The notes under the pieces were generated by a model. It was not told where the DNA came from. It ran no database searches and saw only the letters and a list, made by a program, of their open reading frames with translations. This document shows positions 9,340 to 19,383 of a DNA stretch of 64,000 nt, in pieces (within the stretch, counting starts at the first letter, position 1; each line of letters begins with the position of its first letter). The DNA is taken from the NCBI GenBank assembly GCA_964500505.1, contig CAZCNN010000001.1, positions 131,826 to 195,825 on the forward strand, written 5' to 3'. The position numbers and the translations under genes were made by a program. This stretch comes from an uncultured Bdellovibrionales bacterium. Lineage in GTDB: Bacteria; Patescibacteriota; Minisyncoccia; Moranbacterales; UBA1568.

Positions 9340-11301
9340 TTACCCAAAAAACCCAGCCACCTGAGTCACCAAGACCAGGGCTGCGAGAGCAATAGCGATA
9401 GCGATAGTAGCATAGGTCACGATCTTCTTGCCTGTTTCTGCCTTGCCTTCATCTCCTCCAGCCGTGAGATACATGAAGCCACCGATAACAAGCATGATGA
9501 TCGCGATGATGCCGACGATGGAGAGGAGGAAGCTTAAGACCTTAGAGGCTATCTCAGTAAAGGTTTGGGCTTCTTCGACGACTTGGGTTACTTCTATCCA
9601 GCCTAAAAGTTCTCCAATTTCTTTGAGGAAGGCAGGAGCAGCGATAGCGAGAGCGAGACCGACTACCGAAGCAGTGATAGCCACTTTGGCTTGAGAGACT
9701 CGTGATTCATTCCCGGCCGAGAGGATATACATGACCGCTCCTACGATAATCATGATGATAGAGAGGACGACGATGATACTTTGGAGCGTTGAGAGGACGG
9801 CAGTTAGCACGCTGTCTAGGGAGTTGTACTTGAGGGGGTTGAAGTAGCCTACTCCAGGAGAAGGGAGGGCGAGTGGGGCACAACAAGAGAGTCCGGTATC
9901 ACCACAGGTGCCAGGGGCAGGCTTGTATTTATCAGGTGCACACCCTCCTGAAACACAGGTATTGGGTGATTGGCAGGTGCCGTCGCCACCAGGGGAACTG
10001 GGTGATCCTGGTGACGGTGATCCAGGTGGGAGGGGTGGAGGCGGGGTATTGTTACCTTCTACCAAGACAGTAACTCCTCTTTTCGGACCACTGCCCTTTG
10101 ACTTGGTAGGGTCTTGACAAAACAGAATATATTCCGTACTCACCTGAGGAGAAACAACCAATGATCCTTTCTGCGTACCACTGGCTGTTGATGGACTGGC
10201 CAGTGGCTCTCCACTCATATTCCGATTATCCCACAGTGTACAACCAAAAAAAGCTTCGTGTTTAAACTCCCAAACAAGCGTAACAGATTGGCCGGGGTAG
10301 ATCTGTTGAGGTGGGGCTGGCGAGGCAAAGAATTTGACGATAGTAGTAAAGTATCCAACCTTCACCAAAGCTCCCTTGATCTGCGCATTCGGATGAGAGC
10401 CGGTCTCAGTAGCTACTCCACTACTATCGAGACACCGCAGATTATAATACCCGGTCTGGGTCGGCCATCCTTCAATACTCCCATTCACAGAGACATCTTG
10501 CCAGTCAGACCAATTTGGATCGTAATCCGCTTTCATCTGACAACTCACTGCTCCTGGTGCCTCCCACGAAATCTCCGTGGTGTTTCCCAGCTCTATCTCA
10601 TCAGGATTAGCATCTATATCGATGGGAATATTAGGAGAAGAAGGGGTGCCATTCGAATCCTGACATACACTGTTAAGCCCATCTGGGTTGTATACATAGC
10701 CACTTTTACACCGAAATTCACATTTTTGATTCGTATCCGTTTCAGAATAGGTCCATGCGACACTACCCGTTACATTATCCGTATCATTAGGATAAACTTC
10801 GACATTATCCCCATATGGCATTTGCCCGGTACAGGAGAAATTCCCTCCTCCTACTACCGTAATATTGACCACTGGAGAGGCTGACGTATAGGTAGATAAG
10901 TCGCTACTGACATATCCACAGCGAAATTCATAGATAGTGTTTTGGGTAGGGGTGTAAGAAAATACTTTTTTCGTCAACTCATCATGGAACTCAGGGGCTG
11001 AAGTAGCGCGGATTATCTCTGAATATCCGCTACTATCCGAGATAACACAGGCTAAAGGCTGATTAGAAAGGTTACTTGGCGTGCTGGAGACATGATATAT
11101 GATCCTAATAGTCTCCCCCTTATTAATGGTTGCCGTTGATGGCACCACCCCTTTCGTATCATCCCAACGATCCATGTAAATAACCCAGCCATCAGTCGCA
11201 AGAGATACGGGTGAAGTCAGTCCAAAACTCATGATGAGTCCCATGATGCCTCCGAGGAAGAGGGTTCGAAGATGGGTGTGGGTACATGGGGTGGGTGACA
11301 T
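9340..11301 (-). CDS. Large surface protein: Cys-containing beta-rich ectodomain, Pro-rich linker, two C-terminal VirB2/TrbC-like pilin units
   Basis: Signal peptide; TPPPLPPGSPSPG linker; C-terminal repeats IIVGAVMYILSAGNESRVSQAK and VIGGFMYLTAGGDEGKAETGK; paralog of 28455-30410. Start moved to ATG 11301. Confidence 0.8.
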   Translation of the reverse strand: MSPTPCTHTHLRTLFLGGIMGLIMSFGLTSPVSLATDGWVIYMDRWDDTKGVVPSTATINKGETIRIIYHVSSTPSNLSNQPLACVISDSSGYSEIIRATSAPEFHDELTKKVFSYTPTQNTIYEFRCGYVSSDLSTYTSASPVVNITVVGGGNFSCTGQMPYGDNVEVYPNDTDNVTGSVAWTYSETDTNQKCEFRCKSGYVYNPDGLNSVCQDSNGTPSSPNIPIDIDANPDEIELGNTTEISWEAPGAVSCQMKADYDPNWSDWQDVSVNGSIEGWPTQTGYYNLRCLDSSGVATETGSHPNAQIKGALVKVGYFTTIVKFFASPAPPQQIYPGQSVTLVWEFKHEAFFGCTLWDNRNMSGEPLASPSTASGTQKGSLVVSPQVSTEYILFCQDPTKSKGSGPKRGVTVLVEGNNTPPPPLPPGSPSPGSPSSPGGDGTCQSPNTCVSGGCAPDKYKPAPGTCGDTGLSCCAPLALPSPGVGYFNPLKYNSLDSVLTAVLSTLQSIIVVLSIIMIIVGAVMYILSAGNESRVSQAKVAITASVVGLALAIAAPAFLKEIGELLGWIEVTQVVEEAQTFTEIASKVLSFLLSIVGIIAIIMLVIGGFMYLTAGGDEGKAETGKKIVTYATIAIAIALAALVLVTQVAGFFG

Positions 11302-11326
11302 AGAAGAATGCTCCAAGTGAATTAAA

Positions 11327-12526
11327 TTATGATGTGTACGTATGTGTGGCCTCGGGATGAACCGTAGTATCATGAAGGAAGCAAGTTTCAAAGAGTGCGA
11401 CGAAGAGGACGATGGCCACGAGGAAGAAAATACTCTGCACTGGGAAGACAGCGAGCATCAGTGCTGAGAGGAGTGCGGCCAGGATATTAGCGACGGGCCG
11501 AGCGGTCCGGAAAAACGCAATGATATCCATGTCATCAGGACCAATCTGCTTGTAAAAGTACGAGTCACGAAGGATCTCGATACCCGCGATACCGACCCGG
11601 GTCATAAAGAGGGCCGTCCCCCACACCACGATGTCACCCGGCGCGAGAAATGGCAGGATAAAGGTGGCTGCGGCTGCGATGGCAATACTCCCGATGAGCA
11701 TCTCTTTCTCTCCGAAATAGCGATCAGCCAACCTCCCGAGTGGGTACTGGAGGAGGACAAACGGGAGGAGCATGACGGTAAAGATGATCCCAATCTCACT
11801 CCAGGCAAAACCACTCTCACGGAGATAGAGAGGAGTGTAGACAATCATCAGGGCATAAAAGAACTCAAGCGCGAGCGATACGTGGTAGATTCGGGACAGA
11901 TTCCGCGAAGCGAGCATCTTGCCGAACGTCGCCCGAAATCGAATTTTCTTCTGAATGGTCCGATTATCCAACCGAAAACCGACCAACGTGGCAATGAAAA
12001 TGATGGTATAGCCAATCACCAAGGCCAAAAAGATCCCGCTGTAATCATAGGATTCAAGCGTTTTCACCGAAAGAACTGGAGCAATGAGGAGCCCCGCGTT
12101 CATGATAGTGAGGTAAAGACCCCGGATACTTCCCGACACCTTATCCTCCGAAAAGCTCTCAAGGAGAATATCGAGTGTCACCCAGGTCACATTGGTCGCG
12201 ATAAGGAGAAGGAGTGCTGCCCCAAGCGAAATGTAGGCCGAGGTCGCCGACGCGAGAACCGCAGAAGCGCAGATCGAGAGACCGAGTGAGAGATAGAGGG
12301 CGCGAGCCCGTCCGATAATCCGAATCAGGGGCTGGAGATAGAAGAGACTTCCCAAGACGACGACGTAGGCAAGGAGGTAAAAAACACTAACATTGTCACT
12401 CCCTGATACCTCTGCAAAAAAAGTCGAAAGGATGTAAATAAAAAAAGCGTCGAGAAAACCGAACACGAACGATACGGCACTCACGAAGCGAACTTTTTTC
12501 TTGTTGAGATTTTCTTTGTGCGGCAT
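11327..12526 (-). CDS. MFS transporter
   Basis: About 12 hydrophobic helices; GRLADRYFG motif-A-like sequence. Confidence 0.88.
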   Translation of the reverse strand: MPHKENLNKKKVRFVSAVSFVFGFLDAFFIYILSTFFAEVSGSDNVSVFYLLAYVVVLGSLFYLQPLIRIIGRARALYLSLGLSICASAVLASATSAYISLGAALLLLIATNVTWVTLDILLESFSEDKVSGSIRGLYLTIMNAGLLIAPVLSVKTLESYDYSGIFLALVIGYTIIFIATLVGFRLDNRTIQKKIRFRATFGKMLASRNLSRIYHVSLALEFFYALMIVYTPLYLRESGFAWSEIGIIFTVMLLPFVLLQYPLGRLADRYFGEKEMLIGSIAIAAAATFILPFLAPGDIVVWGTALFMTRVGIAGIEILRDSYFYKQIGPDDMDIIAFFRTARPVANILAALLSALMLAVFPVQSIFFLVAIVLFVALFETCFLHDTTVHPEATHTYTS

Positions 12527-12538
12527 GCTTTTTGTTTT

Positions 12539-12589
12539 ACCCTGAGCTCGTCACCGTGGTTACGAGAACGACGTGACACGTCGAAGGGT
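12539..12589. repeat. ACCCTGAGC...GTCGAAGGGT REP-like palindromic element with an internal insert, upstream of the MFS gene
   Basis: Terminal ACCCT/AGGGT inverted repeat and internal CGACGTG-A-CACGTCG hairpin. Confidence 0.5.
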
Positions 12590-12630
12590 TTTCTCTGTAT
12601 GTATTGAGTATATCACAAAGCCATGGACTG

Positions 12631-13050
12631 TCACTTCATACAGCTCGCGACATAGCCCCGCTTCTCCGCTTCTTCCTTGGTTGCAAAGCAGAGGCGATTC
12701 TCCGGTTTGATCCGCTTGGCCGCTGCGCACGTGGCAAGGTGATACTTGGTGCTATTTTTGCTCCCGACAAACACACACTGCCCCATCTCTGCCCCGACCG
12801 TGACCACTGGCTTGGGAGTACCAAGGATATTCTGTGACGCCGGTACCGTGACCGACTCTCCGGCCACTGCCTGAGCTGGCACCACGCTCGTCGGCATAGG
12901 TGGGAGCGTCACCACAAGTGACCCCTCAGCTTGACTACCTCGGTAAAAATACCCAGCCTCAAAGGACAAAACGCCCACCAAAAACATCCCCAAAAGGAGG
13001 CCGAGACGCCCACCATGCTCGCGAAACCAGTTGATGAGTTGGTCTTTCAT
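12631..13050 (-). CDS. Membrane-anchored protein with C-terminal Ada-type metal-binding domain
   Basis: N-terminal TM helix; FVGSKNSTKYHLATC...IKPENRLCFATKEEAEKRGY. Start moved to ATG 13050. Confidence 0.8.
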   Translation of the reverse strand: MKDQLINWFREHGGRLGLLLGMFLVGVLSFEAGYFYRGSQAEGSLVVTLPPMPTSVVPAQAVAGESVTVPASQNILGTPKPVVTVGAEMGQCVFVGSKNSTKYHLATCAAAKRIKPENRLCFATKEEAEKRGYVASCMK

Positions 13051-13067
13051 ACTCTTCCTTGCCCTGC

Positions 13068-13096
13068 TTGACCATTCGGGAAAGCCGTGATATACT
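13068..13096 (+). promoter_or_regulatory. Sigma70-type promoter of rpmA
   Basis: TTGACC-17bp-TATACT. Confidence 0.7.
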
Positions 13097-13144
13097 CTCT
13101 CTACAGTATATCGCAATTCTTCTAATGTGTAAGGACCCCCTCCT

Positions 13145-13441
13145 ATGGCAACCAGAAAAGCGGGTGGATCAACCGCCCTCGGCCGTGACTCGATTTCCAA
13201 GCGCCTCGGCGTCAAGATTTTCGGTAACCAGTCTGTTTCGGTCGGTAACATCATCATCCGTCAGCGTGGGACCAAGTTTCACCCCGGCAAGAACGTCAAG
13301 CAAGGAGAAGACGATACCCTCTTTGCCCTGGCCTCAGGTTTCGTAGAGTTCCAGGCCAAAAAGGTCAAGGATTTCACCGGAAAGATTGTTTCTCGCACGT
13401 TCGTGAATGTCCTCCCAGAAAAGAAATCCGAACAGCAGTAA
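13145..13441 (+). CDS. rpmA: 50S ribosomal protein L27
   Basis: [34 protein letters not shown]. Confidence 0.98.
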   Translation: MATRKAGGSTALGRDSISKRLGVKIFGNQSVSVGNIIIRQRGTKFHPGKNVKQGEDDTLFALASGFVEFQAKKVKDFTGKIVSRTFVNVLPEKKSEQQ

Positions 13442-13454
13442 CGTTCGTCCCATC

Positions 13455-13490
13455 AAAAAACACCCCCGAGATTTTCGAAGGGTGTTTTTT
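13455..13490. terminator. Bidirectional intrinsic terminator between rpmA and the DUF2207 gene
   Basis: AAAAAACACCC...GGGTGTTTTTT between convergent genes. Confidence 0.8.
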
Positions 13491-13503
13491 GTATCCATAT
13501 ATA

Positions 13504-15219
13504 CTACCATCCACCGCCCCCGCCCCCACCACCGCCTCCACCCGAGGAGCCTGAGCCACCCGAACCGGAAGGCGTCCCGGTATTCGAAGCAATACTCGAC
13601 GAAAGGGACTCGATGTGGGATGAAAAGCTCTCAGTATCGAAACCTCCCATATCCGACGCCACAAACCAGGCTGGATGATAGCCAGTGAAATACGCTTCGC
13701 CGTAGAGCTCTCGCATCTTGGCGACCCACTCCTTGGTCATCCCAAACACGATTGCAGCCGGGAGCAAAACTTCAAAAATACGCTCTTTTTCATAAAACTG
13801 TTGGCGCGCCTTTTCGGCTGTTTCCATATAGAGTTTGAGCCCTCCGATCTTCCAATTCGTCTCAGTGCCAAGAAGCGTGCGCTTGGGCATCACGAGTCCA
13901 AAGCCGATGAGAATAAGACCCGAAAAGCACACTGCCCCTGCTGCTACCAAGTACGAATGAGCGAGCAAGAAAACGCTCGCCATAATCAAGAGCACTCCCA
14001 ATATCAGGAACAAGACTCGATACTTCAGTCCCTCTTTCACGAGCAATCCCTTGGTAGCGAGTGACTCGGTGACTGACTTTTTGATTTCTGGCACCACTCT
14101 ATAAAACTTATTTTTGAGCGCTGAGAGTTTCACGCTATCGCCGGTGGCAAATATGGCATCAAGGAGAAGCTGCTCTGCTTTCGTCAGCGTGAGACCAGGG
14201 CGTTCATGCTTTTCCAAGATAAACTCCTTGGTCGAGAAAAACAGAATCTTGGTCTCCTCCTCTCGAATAGAAAGTGCTCCCTTGACCGCGAGCTCGATGA
14301 TGCCAGCCGTCACAAACTCGTTCTTCCAGTCACCATTGGTCGAAAGCATGCCGAGTTCAAGAGCATTCAAGTGTGCTGGGATTTCATATTCCGGGATCAC
14401 GACTTTATCCCAAGCTGGATCGTCACCATACTTCCGCCATGTGCGGTACGCCGATCGCCAAACAAGGAAGGGCAAGAGCCAGACGAGATAGGCGCCATAG
14501 GTTTCCCACCAGCCGAATTGATACGGAGTAAATATCCCCTTTGGGACACTGACTGAGAGGGTGATGCCCTCGCCCGGTGCGAGCATCCGCTTGCCGACGA
14601 TAATCAGTCGTTCTCCCTGCCAGCTCGCCTCGGCAAGAGTATTGTCCTTGGCTCCAAGTACCCCGCTATAGAGCGAGAGATTATTCTCCTCACGAGTCAC
14701 TCCCGCCGGAAACACGATACTCGCCTCATAGGCATCGATGTCCATGTCCCAAAAATGGCCATTCACATTCCAGTAAAACTCGTCTGAGGCCGGGTTCGAC
14801 CGGATGACGTTACGCACCTGATACACGATTTTGTATTGGTGGACCCCCGTAACCGTCACATCAGGATCGCCAATCTTCCACGTGATGGTCGCATCACCAC
14901 GATTGACTGTCTCCGTATACGGATAGGACTGCCCGGCAAAGTCAGTGATCGAGATGAGCTCCGTCGGAGTCTTGATCGTTTCTCTCTCAGTTCGGGCCTC
15001 GGTCGGCACAATCCGGAAAATCCCGTGCTTCCCCACACACTCGCCACAGTCAGCCGTGATCCACTCCGTCACCGTCATAGTCGAATCCGGTGCGAGCACA
15101 AACTCGGCTCGGAGATCCTTCACATACCAATTGGACACATTCTCCCGCGCTTCTGCTCCTGATATTCCCATCATGAAAAGCATGAGAACAACTCCGAAAG
15201 TACCAAGAACTCTACCCAT
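13504..15219 (-). CDS. DUF2207-family membrane protein
   Basis: Signal peptide, HGIFR, EFYWNV, TM segments, C-terminal SSGGGGGGGGGGGW tail. Confidence 0.9.
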   Translation of the reverse strand: MGRVLGTFGVVLMLFMMGISGAEARENVSNWYVKDLRAEFVLAPDSTMTVTEWITADCGECVGKHGIFRIVPTEARTERETIKTPTELISITDFAGQSYPYTETVNRGDATITWKIGDPDVTVTGVHQYKIVYQVRNVIRSNPASDEFYWNVNGHFWDMDIDAYEASIVFPAGVTREENNLSLYSGVLGAKDNTLAEASWQGERLIIVGKRMLAPGEGITLSVSVPKGIFTPYQFGWWETYGAYLVWLLPFLVWRSAYRTWRKYGDDPAWDKVVIPEYEIPAHLNALELGMLSTNGDWKNEFVTAGIIELAVKGALSIREEETKILFFSTKEFILEKHERPGLTLTKAEQLLLDAIFATGDSVKLSALKNKFYRVVPEIKKSVTESLATKGLLVKEGLKYRVLFLILGVLLIMASVFLLAHSYLVAAGAVCFSGLILIGFGLVMPKRTLLGTETNWKIGGLKLYMETAEKARQQFYEKERIFEVLLPAAIVFGMTKEWVAKMRELYGEAYFTGYHPAWFVASDMGGFDTESFSSHIESLSSSIASNTGTPSGSGGSGSSGGGGGGGGGGGW

Positions 15220-15231
15220 ACAATTGAAAAG

Positions 15232-16881
15232 CTATTTTTTCTTTTTACACGCTTCGAGAAAAGCGACGAAAAGCGGATGCGGGTGAAGGAGTGATGACTG
15301 GAACTCCGGATGAAACTGGGTGGCGAGGAAGAACGGATGGACGCTCTTCGGTAGCTCGGCTATCTCCATGAGGATGCCATTCGGTGAAGTGGCCGAGAAG
15401 ACCAACCCAGCCGCTTTCAACTGTTCTACATATTCCGGATTCACCTCATAGCGATGACGATGACGCTCCAGAATCTTGGTCGTACCGTAGGCCTTAGCAG
15501 CAAGCGTCTTCGGTAGTACGAGCGCTCTATACTCCCCGAGGCGCATGGTGGCGCCATAGTCCTTCTTCCGCAACTTTTCTTTCTGCTCGGGCATGATATC
15601 GACGACCGGATAAGGCGACTTTTGGTTCACTTCGGTCGTGTTCGCCCCGGACAAACCAAGAATATGGCGAGCATATTCGATCACAGCGAGTTGCATCCCA
15701 TAGCACAGGCCAAAATACGGTATCTGATGCTCTCGACAGTAGCGAATCACCGCTATCTTGCCCTCGATACCCCGACTGCCAAATCCCCCCGGGATAAGAA
15801 TACCATCATACTGCTTGAGCGTGCGGAGGAGCTTGGGATCCTCCTCAAAGTCGGTACTCGCAATCCAGGTGAGCTCGGCTCGGCGCCCCGTCGCACATGC
15901 CGCGTGTTTGATGGCCTCTATGACGCTGATATAGGCATCCGAGAGCACAAAATCACCTGTTTTGAAGTATTTGCCCACGATGCCAATTTTGACCGTTTCT
16001 TTAGCATTCTTGATGCGTTTCACCCGTTTCTCCCATTCCCCCGCTACCATCGCTCGCTTGATTTTTAACCCAAGTTTCTTCATCAGGATTTCACTCAGAC
16101 GATCCTTTTCAAAATTCAGTGGCACATCATAGATACTGTCGACATCAGGAGCGCTTATGACGTCTTCTTGATGCACGCCACAAAAGACGGCGAGTTTCTC
16201 CTTTCGCTTTTCATCAAGGGGCCGATCGGCTCGGGCGATGATGATATCTGGTTGAATACCAGTGCCATTTAAGGTCCGGACGGCGTGCTGAGTTGGCTTG
16301 GTCTTCATTTCTCCGACCCGAGAAGGGGTAGGCACATAACTCACTATGACGGTGGCGATATCACCAGGCGACTCAAATTTGAGCATGCGAATCGCTTCCA
16401 AGAACAAAATGTTTTGGTACTCACCGATGGTTCCGCCTATTTCCACGATGGCAATGTCGGCCTTTGCTTGTTTGGCTGCGTGCTTGATTCGACCGATGAC
16501 CTCGAGTGGGATATGTGGCACCACCTCGACGCATTTACCCCCATATTCCAAGTTTCGTTCCCGCTCGATCACCCGCTGATAGACCGATCCCGTGGTCATG
16601 TAATTTTCCCGAGTGAGCTTGATATTGAGAAATCGCTCGTAGTTCCCCATGTCCTGATCGGTCTCATAGCCGTCAGCGAGCACAAACACTTCGCCGTGCT
16701 CGGTCGGATTCATGGTTCCCGCATCCACATTGATATAGGGATCGATTTTGATAGCAGTTACCACTAGACCTCGAGACTGGAGAATCTTGCCGATAGAAGA
16801 CGCCGTAATACCCTTGCCAACGCCACTCATCACACCCCCTACCACAAAGATATATTTCGTCCGCTTTGCTGTTTGTTTCAT
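15232..16881 (-). CDS. pyrG: CTP synthase
   Basis: GGVMSGVGKG, KIDPYINVDAGTM, GLCYGMQ, RHRHRYE, QFHPE. Confidence 0.98.
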   Translation of the reverse strand: MKQTAKRTKYIFVVGGVMSGVGKGITASSIGKILQSRGLVVTAIKIDPYINVDAGTMNPTEHGEVFVLADGYETDQDMGNYERFLNIKLTRENYMTTGSVYQRVIERERNLEYGGKCVEVVPHIPLEVIGRIKHAAKQAKADIAIVEIGGTIGEYQNILFLEAIRMLKFESPGDIATVIVSYVPTPSRVGEMKTKPTQHAVRTLNGTGIQPDIIIARADRPLDEKRKEKLAVFCGVHQEDVISAPDVDSIYDVPLNFEKDRLSEILMKKLGLKIKRAMVAGEWEKRVKRIKNAKETVKIGIVGKYFKTGDFVLSDAYISVIEAIKHAACATGRRAELTWIASTDFEEDPKLLRTLKQYDGILIPGGFGSRGIEGKIAVIRYCREHQIPYFGLCYGMQLAVIEYARHILGLSGANTTEVNQKSPYPVVDIMPEQKEKLRKKDYGATMRLGEYRALVLPKTLAAKAYGTTKILERHRHRYEVNPEYVEQLKAAGLVFSATSPNGILMEIAELPKSVHPFFLATQFHPEFQSSLLHPHPLFVAFLEACKKKK

Positions 16882-16957
16882 ACGGTATTTAAAGAGAAAG
16901 AGCCGCTACCAGAGATGAAGTGGCGAGCGGCTCATTGTAAGTTACGTTTTCGCGTGA

Positions 16958-17398
16958 CTATTCCGATTCTACCACAAGTTCAAACGAGGCTTTCACACCA
17001 TGACCAAAATCAGCCGAGAGAGCGAACTCTCCAGTCTCTTTGATGGCTTTGTCGAGGACGAGCACACTCTTGTCGATGGTGATCCCCATGGCCGAGAGAG
17101 CGAGGACGACTTCTTCGCGTCCGACCGAACCAAAGAGCTTGCCATTTTCTGCCTTACTCTTGATCACTACTTTCTTGCCAGAAAGTGCGTTGGCCAAAAC
17201 ACGGCTTTCTTCCGTCATTTTTGCCGACTCTGCCTGACGCTTGGCGACAAACCGCTCGGCCTGCTTGAGTGCTCCGGGCGTAGCCAAATCAGCCAACCCT
17301 TCGGGGAGGAGATAGTTGAAACCGTAGCCATTCTTCACTTCTTTGACTTCAAGCGCCTTCCCAAGGCCCCGAACGTCTTCCAAAAGGATTACTTTCAT
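16958..17398 (-). CDS. rplI: 50S ribosomal protein L9
   Basis: MKVILLEDVRGLGK..VKNGYGFNYLLP, GKLFGSV. Confidence 0.96.
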   Translation of the reverse strand: MKVILLEDVRGLGKALEVKEVKNGYGFNYLLPEGLADLATPGALKQAERFVAKRQAESAKMTEESRVLANALSGKKVVIKSKAENGKLFGSVGREEVVLALSAMGITIDKSVLVLDKAIKETGEFALSADFGHGVKASFELVVESE

Positions 17399-17457
17399 AC
17401 CAAAATCAGTCACCTATTAACTCAGACCAGGATAGCCTACTTCCGGCCTTTTGACAA

Positions 17458-17520
17458 GGTACCACACCAATCATATTGGTGTGGTACCAAGGTTCCTACT
17501 CAACAGTTTGGTGTGGTACC
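17458..17520. repeat. CCACACCAA/TTGGTGTGG palindromic element, copy 1, plus an extra half-site
   Basis: 14-bp arms GGTACCACACCAAT-cat-ATTGGTGTGGTACC; third TTGGTGTGGTACC at 17508-17520. Confidence 0.8.
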
Positions 17521-17541
17521 AGGGCATCAACGTCTAGCGAA

Positions 17542-18591
17542 CTAGAGAATGAGCATACTATCCCCAAAAGAGTAGAACGCATAGCGCTCCTGGATAGCGA
17601 GGTTATAAAGGTCCATAATGTCCCGCTTAGCCCCCTTATGCCCGAGAAAGGCATCGACTAAGAGCATGAGTGATGTCTCGGGGAGATGAAAGTTGGTCAT
17701 GAGAGCATCTACGGCTTGGAAATGATAGGGCGGGAAGATAAAGATGTCGGTCGGACCACTCATGGGGCGCACCTGGCCACCCTCCATGGCCGACTCCAGG
17801 GTCCTGGTCACCGTTGTCCCCACTGCTACCACTTTCTCCCCCCGCTCATGGGCTGTATTGATAGCCTCAGCCGTTTCCACGGGAATGTGAGCATACTCAC
17901 AATGAAGTCGCTTGGTCTCAAAGTTTTCCGGTCGGAGCGGCGCAAAGGTTCCGAGGCCGACATTAAGCGTCAAACGAGCTGTTTCAATGTTTTTCTGCTG
18001 TAAAGACTCAATGACTCGCTCGGTAAAGTGAAGTGACGCGGTCGGGGCGGCGACCGATGCCCCAGATTCTGCAAAGACCGTCTGATAGCGCTCCCTGAGC
18101 TCCGTCTCAGGTGTACCAGCCCCCTCGAGATAGTGTGGGAGTGGCGTCTCACCAAACTGATCAAGAAGAGCGAGGAGACCCCCTTCAGAGTGAAGTTTCA
18201 CCGAAAAAATATTCTCGGCCTGATCGACCACTTCACAGTATTCACCATTGGGAAAATACAATTTCTGACCGAGAGTGACTTTGCGATCCACGAGGACCGG
18301 GATACGCTCTTCATCCTCAATCTGATTGGCGAGTACAAACACCTCAATCTTACCCCCGGTCTCTTTCGTGAGCCACAGGCGCGCCGGAAGTACCCGGGTG
18401 TCGTTCAAGACCACCAGTGACTGGACCGGAAGATACTTGGCCAGGTTGGCAAAAGTACCCATCGACACAATGTCTGTCTTGGTGTCATACACAAACAACC
18501 GGGCGCTATCACGGGGTTCTAGACCTTTGGTCCTCACAAGTTCCGCCGGTAAATCATAGCGATACCTGGCCAAGTCGGAAAAATGCATCAT
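17542..18591 (-). CDS. queA: S-adenosylmethionine:tRNA ribosyltransferase-isomerase
   Basis: NDTRVLPARL, PLPHYL, YQTVFA, VAAPTASLHF, TNFHLP, FYSFGD. Confidence 0.97.
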   Translation of the reverse strand: MMHFSDLARYRYDLPAELVRTKGLEPRDSARLFVYDTKTDIVSMGTFANLAKYLPVQSLVVLNDTRVLPARLWLTKETGGKIEVFVLANQIEDEERIPVLVDRKVTLGQKLYFPNGEYCEVVDQAENIFSVKLHSEGGLLALLDQFGETPLPHYLEGAGTPETELRERYQTVFAESGASVAAPTASLHFTERVIESLQQKNIETARLTLNVGLGTFAPLRPENFETKRLHCEYAHIPVETAEAINTAHERGEKVVAVGTTVTRTLESAMEGGQVRPMSGPTDIFIFPPYHFQAVDALMTNFHLPETSLMLLVDAFLGHKGAKRDIMDLYNLAIQERYAFYSFGDSMLIL

Positions 18592-18653
18592 CTCAATCAA
18601 CAAAAATTGATAGCAACACCTTGGTTACATAGAAGTACCTTTGAGCTCGCCCT

Positions 18654-19232
18654 TTAGAGATATTTCAGTGCAAAAAATCCGAGAATGAGGAGGGCAACAA
18701 AAACAATCGAGAGGGTATCTATATACTTTTCAATCGAATCCTTGTACCGCTGTCCTAGATGGTACATAAAGGTGGCCACTAGGAAAAACCGCATCCCGCG
18801 TCCAATAAGTGAGGCCAGGACAAACATGAGGAAGTTGATGTGGAACACGCCACCCGCAATCGTAATCAGCTTGTACGGGATCGGCGTAAAAGCCGCTGTA
18901 AATACCGTCAAAAAGGCATTGTCCTGGTAGCGCTGCCCTATATACACGAACTCCTCCTGCAATCCATAGGTGTTCACGATCCAGGCACCAATAGTACTGA
19001 ACAACAACAGTCCGATGACGTAACCGAACATACCCCCAAACACACTGGCAACTGTACAAATAGCTGCATGGCGGAGAAAGGAGACTGGTCTGGCCATGAC
19101 CATAGCGATGAGGAGCGGATCGGGCGGAATCGGAAAAAACGAACTTTCCACAAACGATACGCCGGCCAGAGCCTGTTCGGCCCGCTTGGTCTCAGCCCAG
19201 CCCACCACCCAACCATACATCTTGCGAATCAT
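18654..19232 (-). CDS. YqaA/DedA (VTT-domain) membrane protein
   Basis: SFVESSFFPIPPD, FTPIPYK, GRGMRF. Start moved to ATG 19232. Confidence 0.9.
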   Translation of the reverse strand: MIRKMYGWVVGWAETKRAEQALAGVSFVESSFFPIPPDPLLIAMVMARPVSFLRHAAICTVASVFGGMFGYVIGLLLFSTIGAWIVNTYGLQEEFVYIGQRYQDNAFLTVFTAAFTPIPYKLITIAGGVFHINFLMFVLASLIGRGMRFFLVATFMYHLGQRYKDSIEKYIDTLSIVFVALLILGFFALKYL

Positions 19233-19363
19233 CTTTCGTGGCCAAGAAAAGAACGACAAAACAAGCAATATCGGTTTCGACGTGATAAACGCTTGAAAGA
19301 GCGGAGCATCACGCCATACCTGTAGAGTTTTGAACATACCCAGTATCTTTAGCTTAAATAAAA

Positions 19364-19383
19364 TGGTGGACTTGGCGAGAATC
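19364..19383 (-). repeat. Degenerate duplicate of the tRNA-Ala 3' end (att-like)
   Basis: GATTCTCGCCAAGTCCACCA vs the tRNA's GATTCTGCCTAGGTCCACCA. Confidence 0.6.

Noticed and set aside
13504-13575. GC-rich low-complexity repeat
   Set aside because: Encodes the normal poly-Gly tail of DUF2207 proteins.
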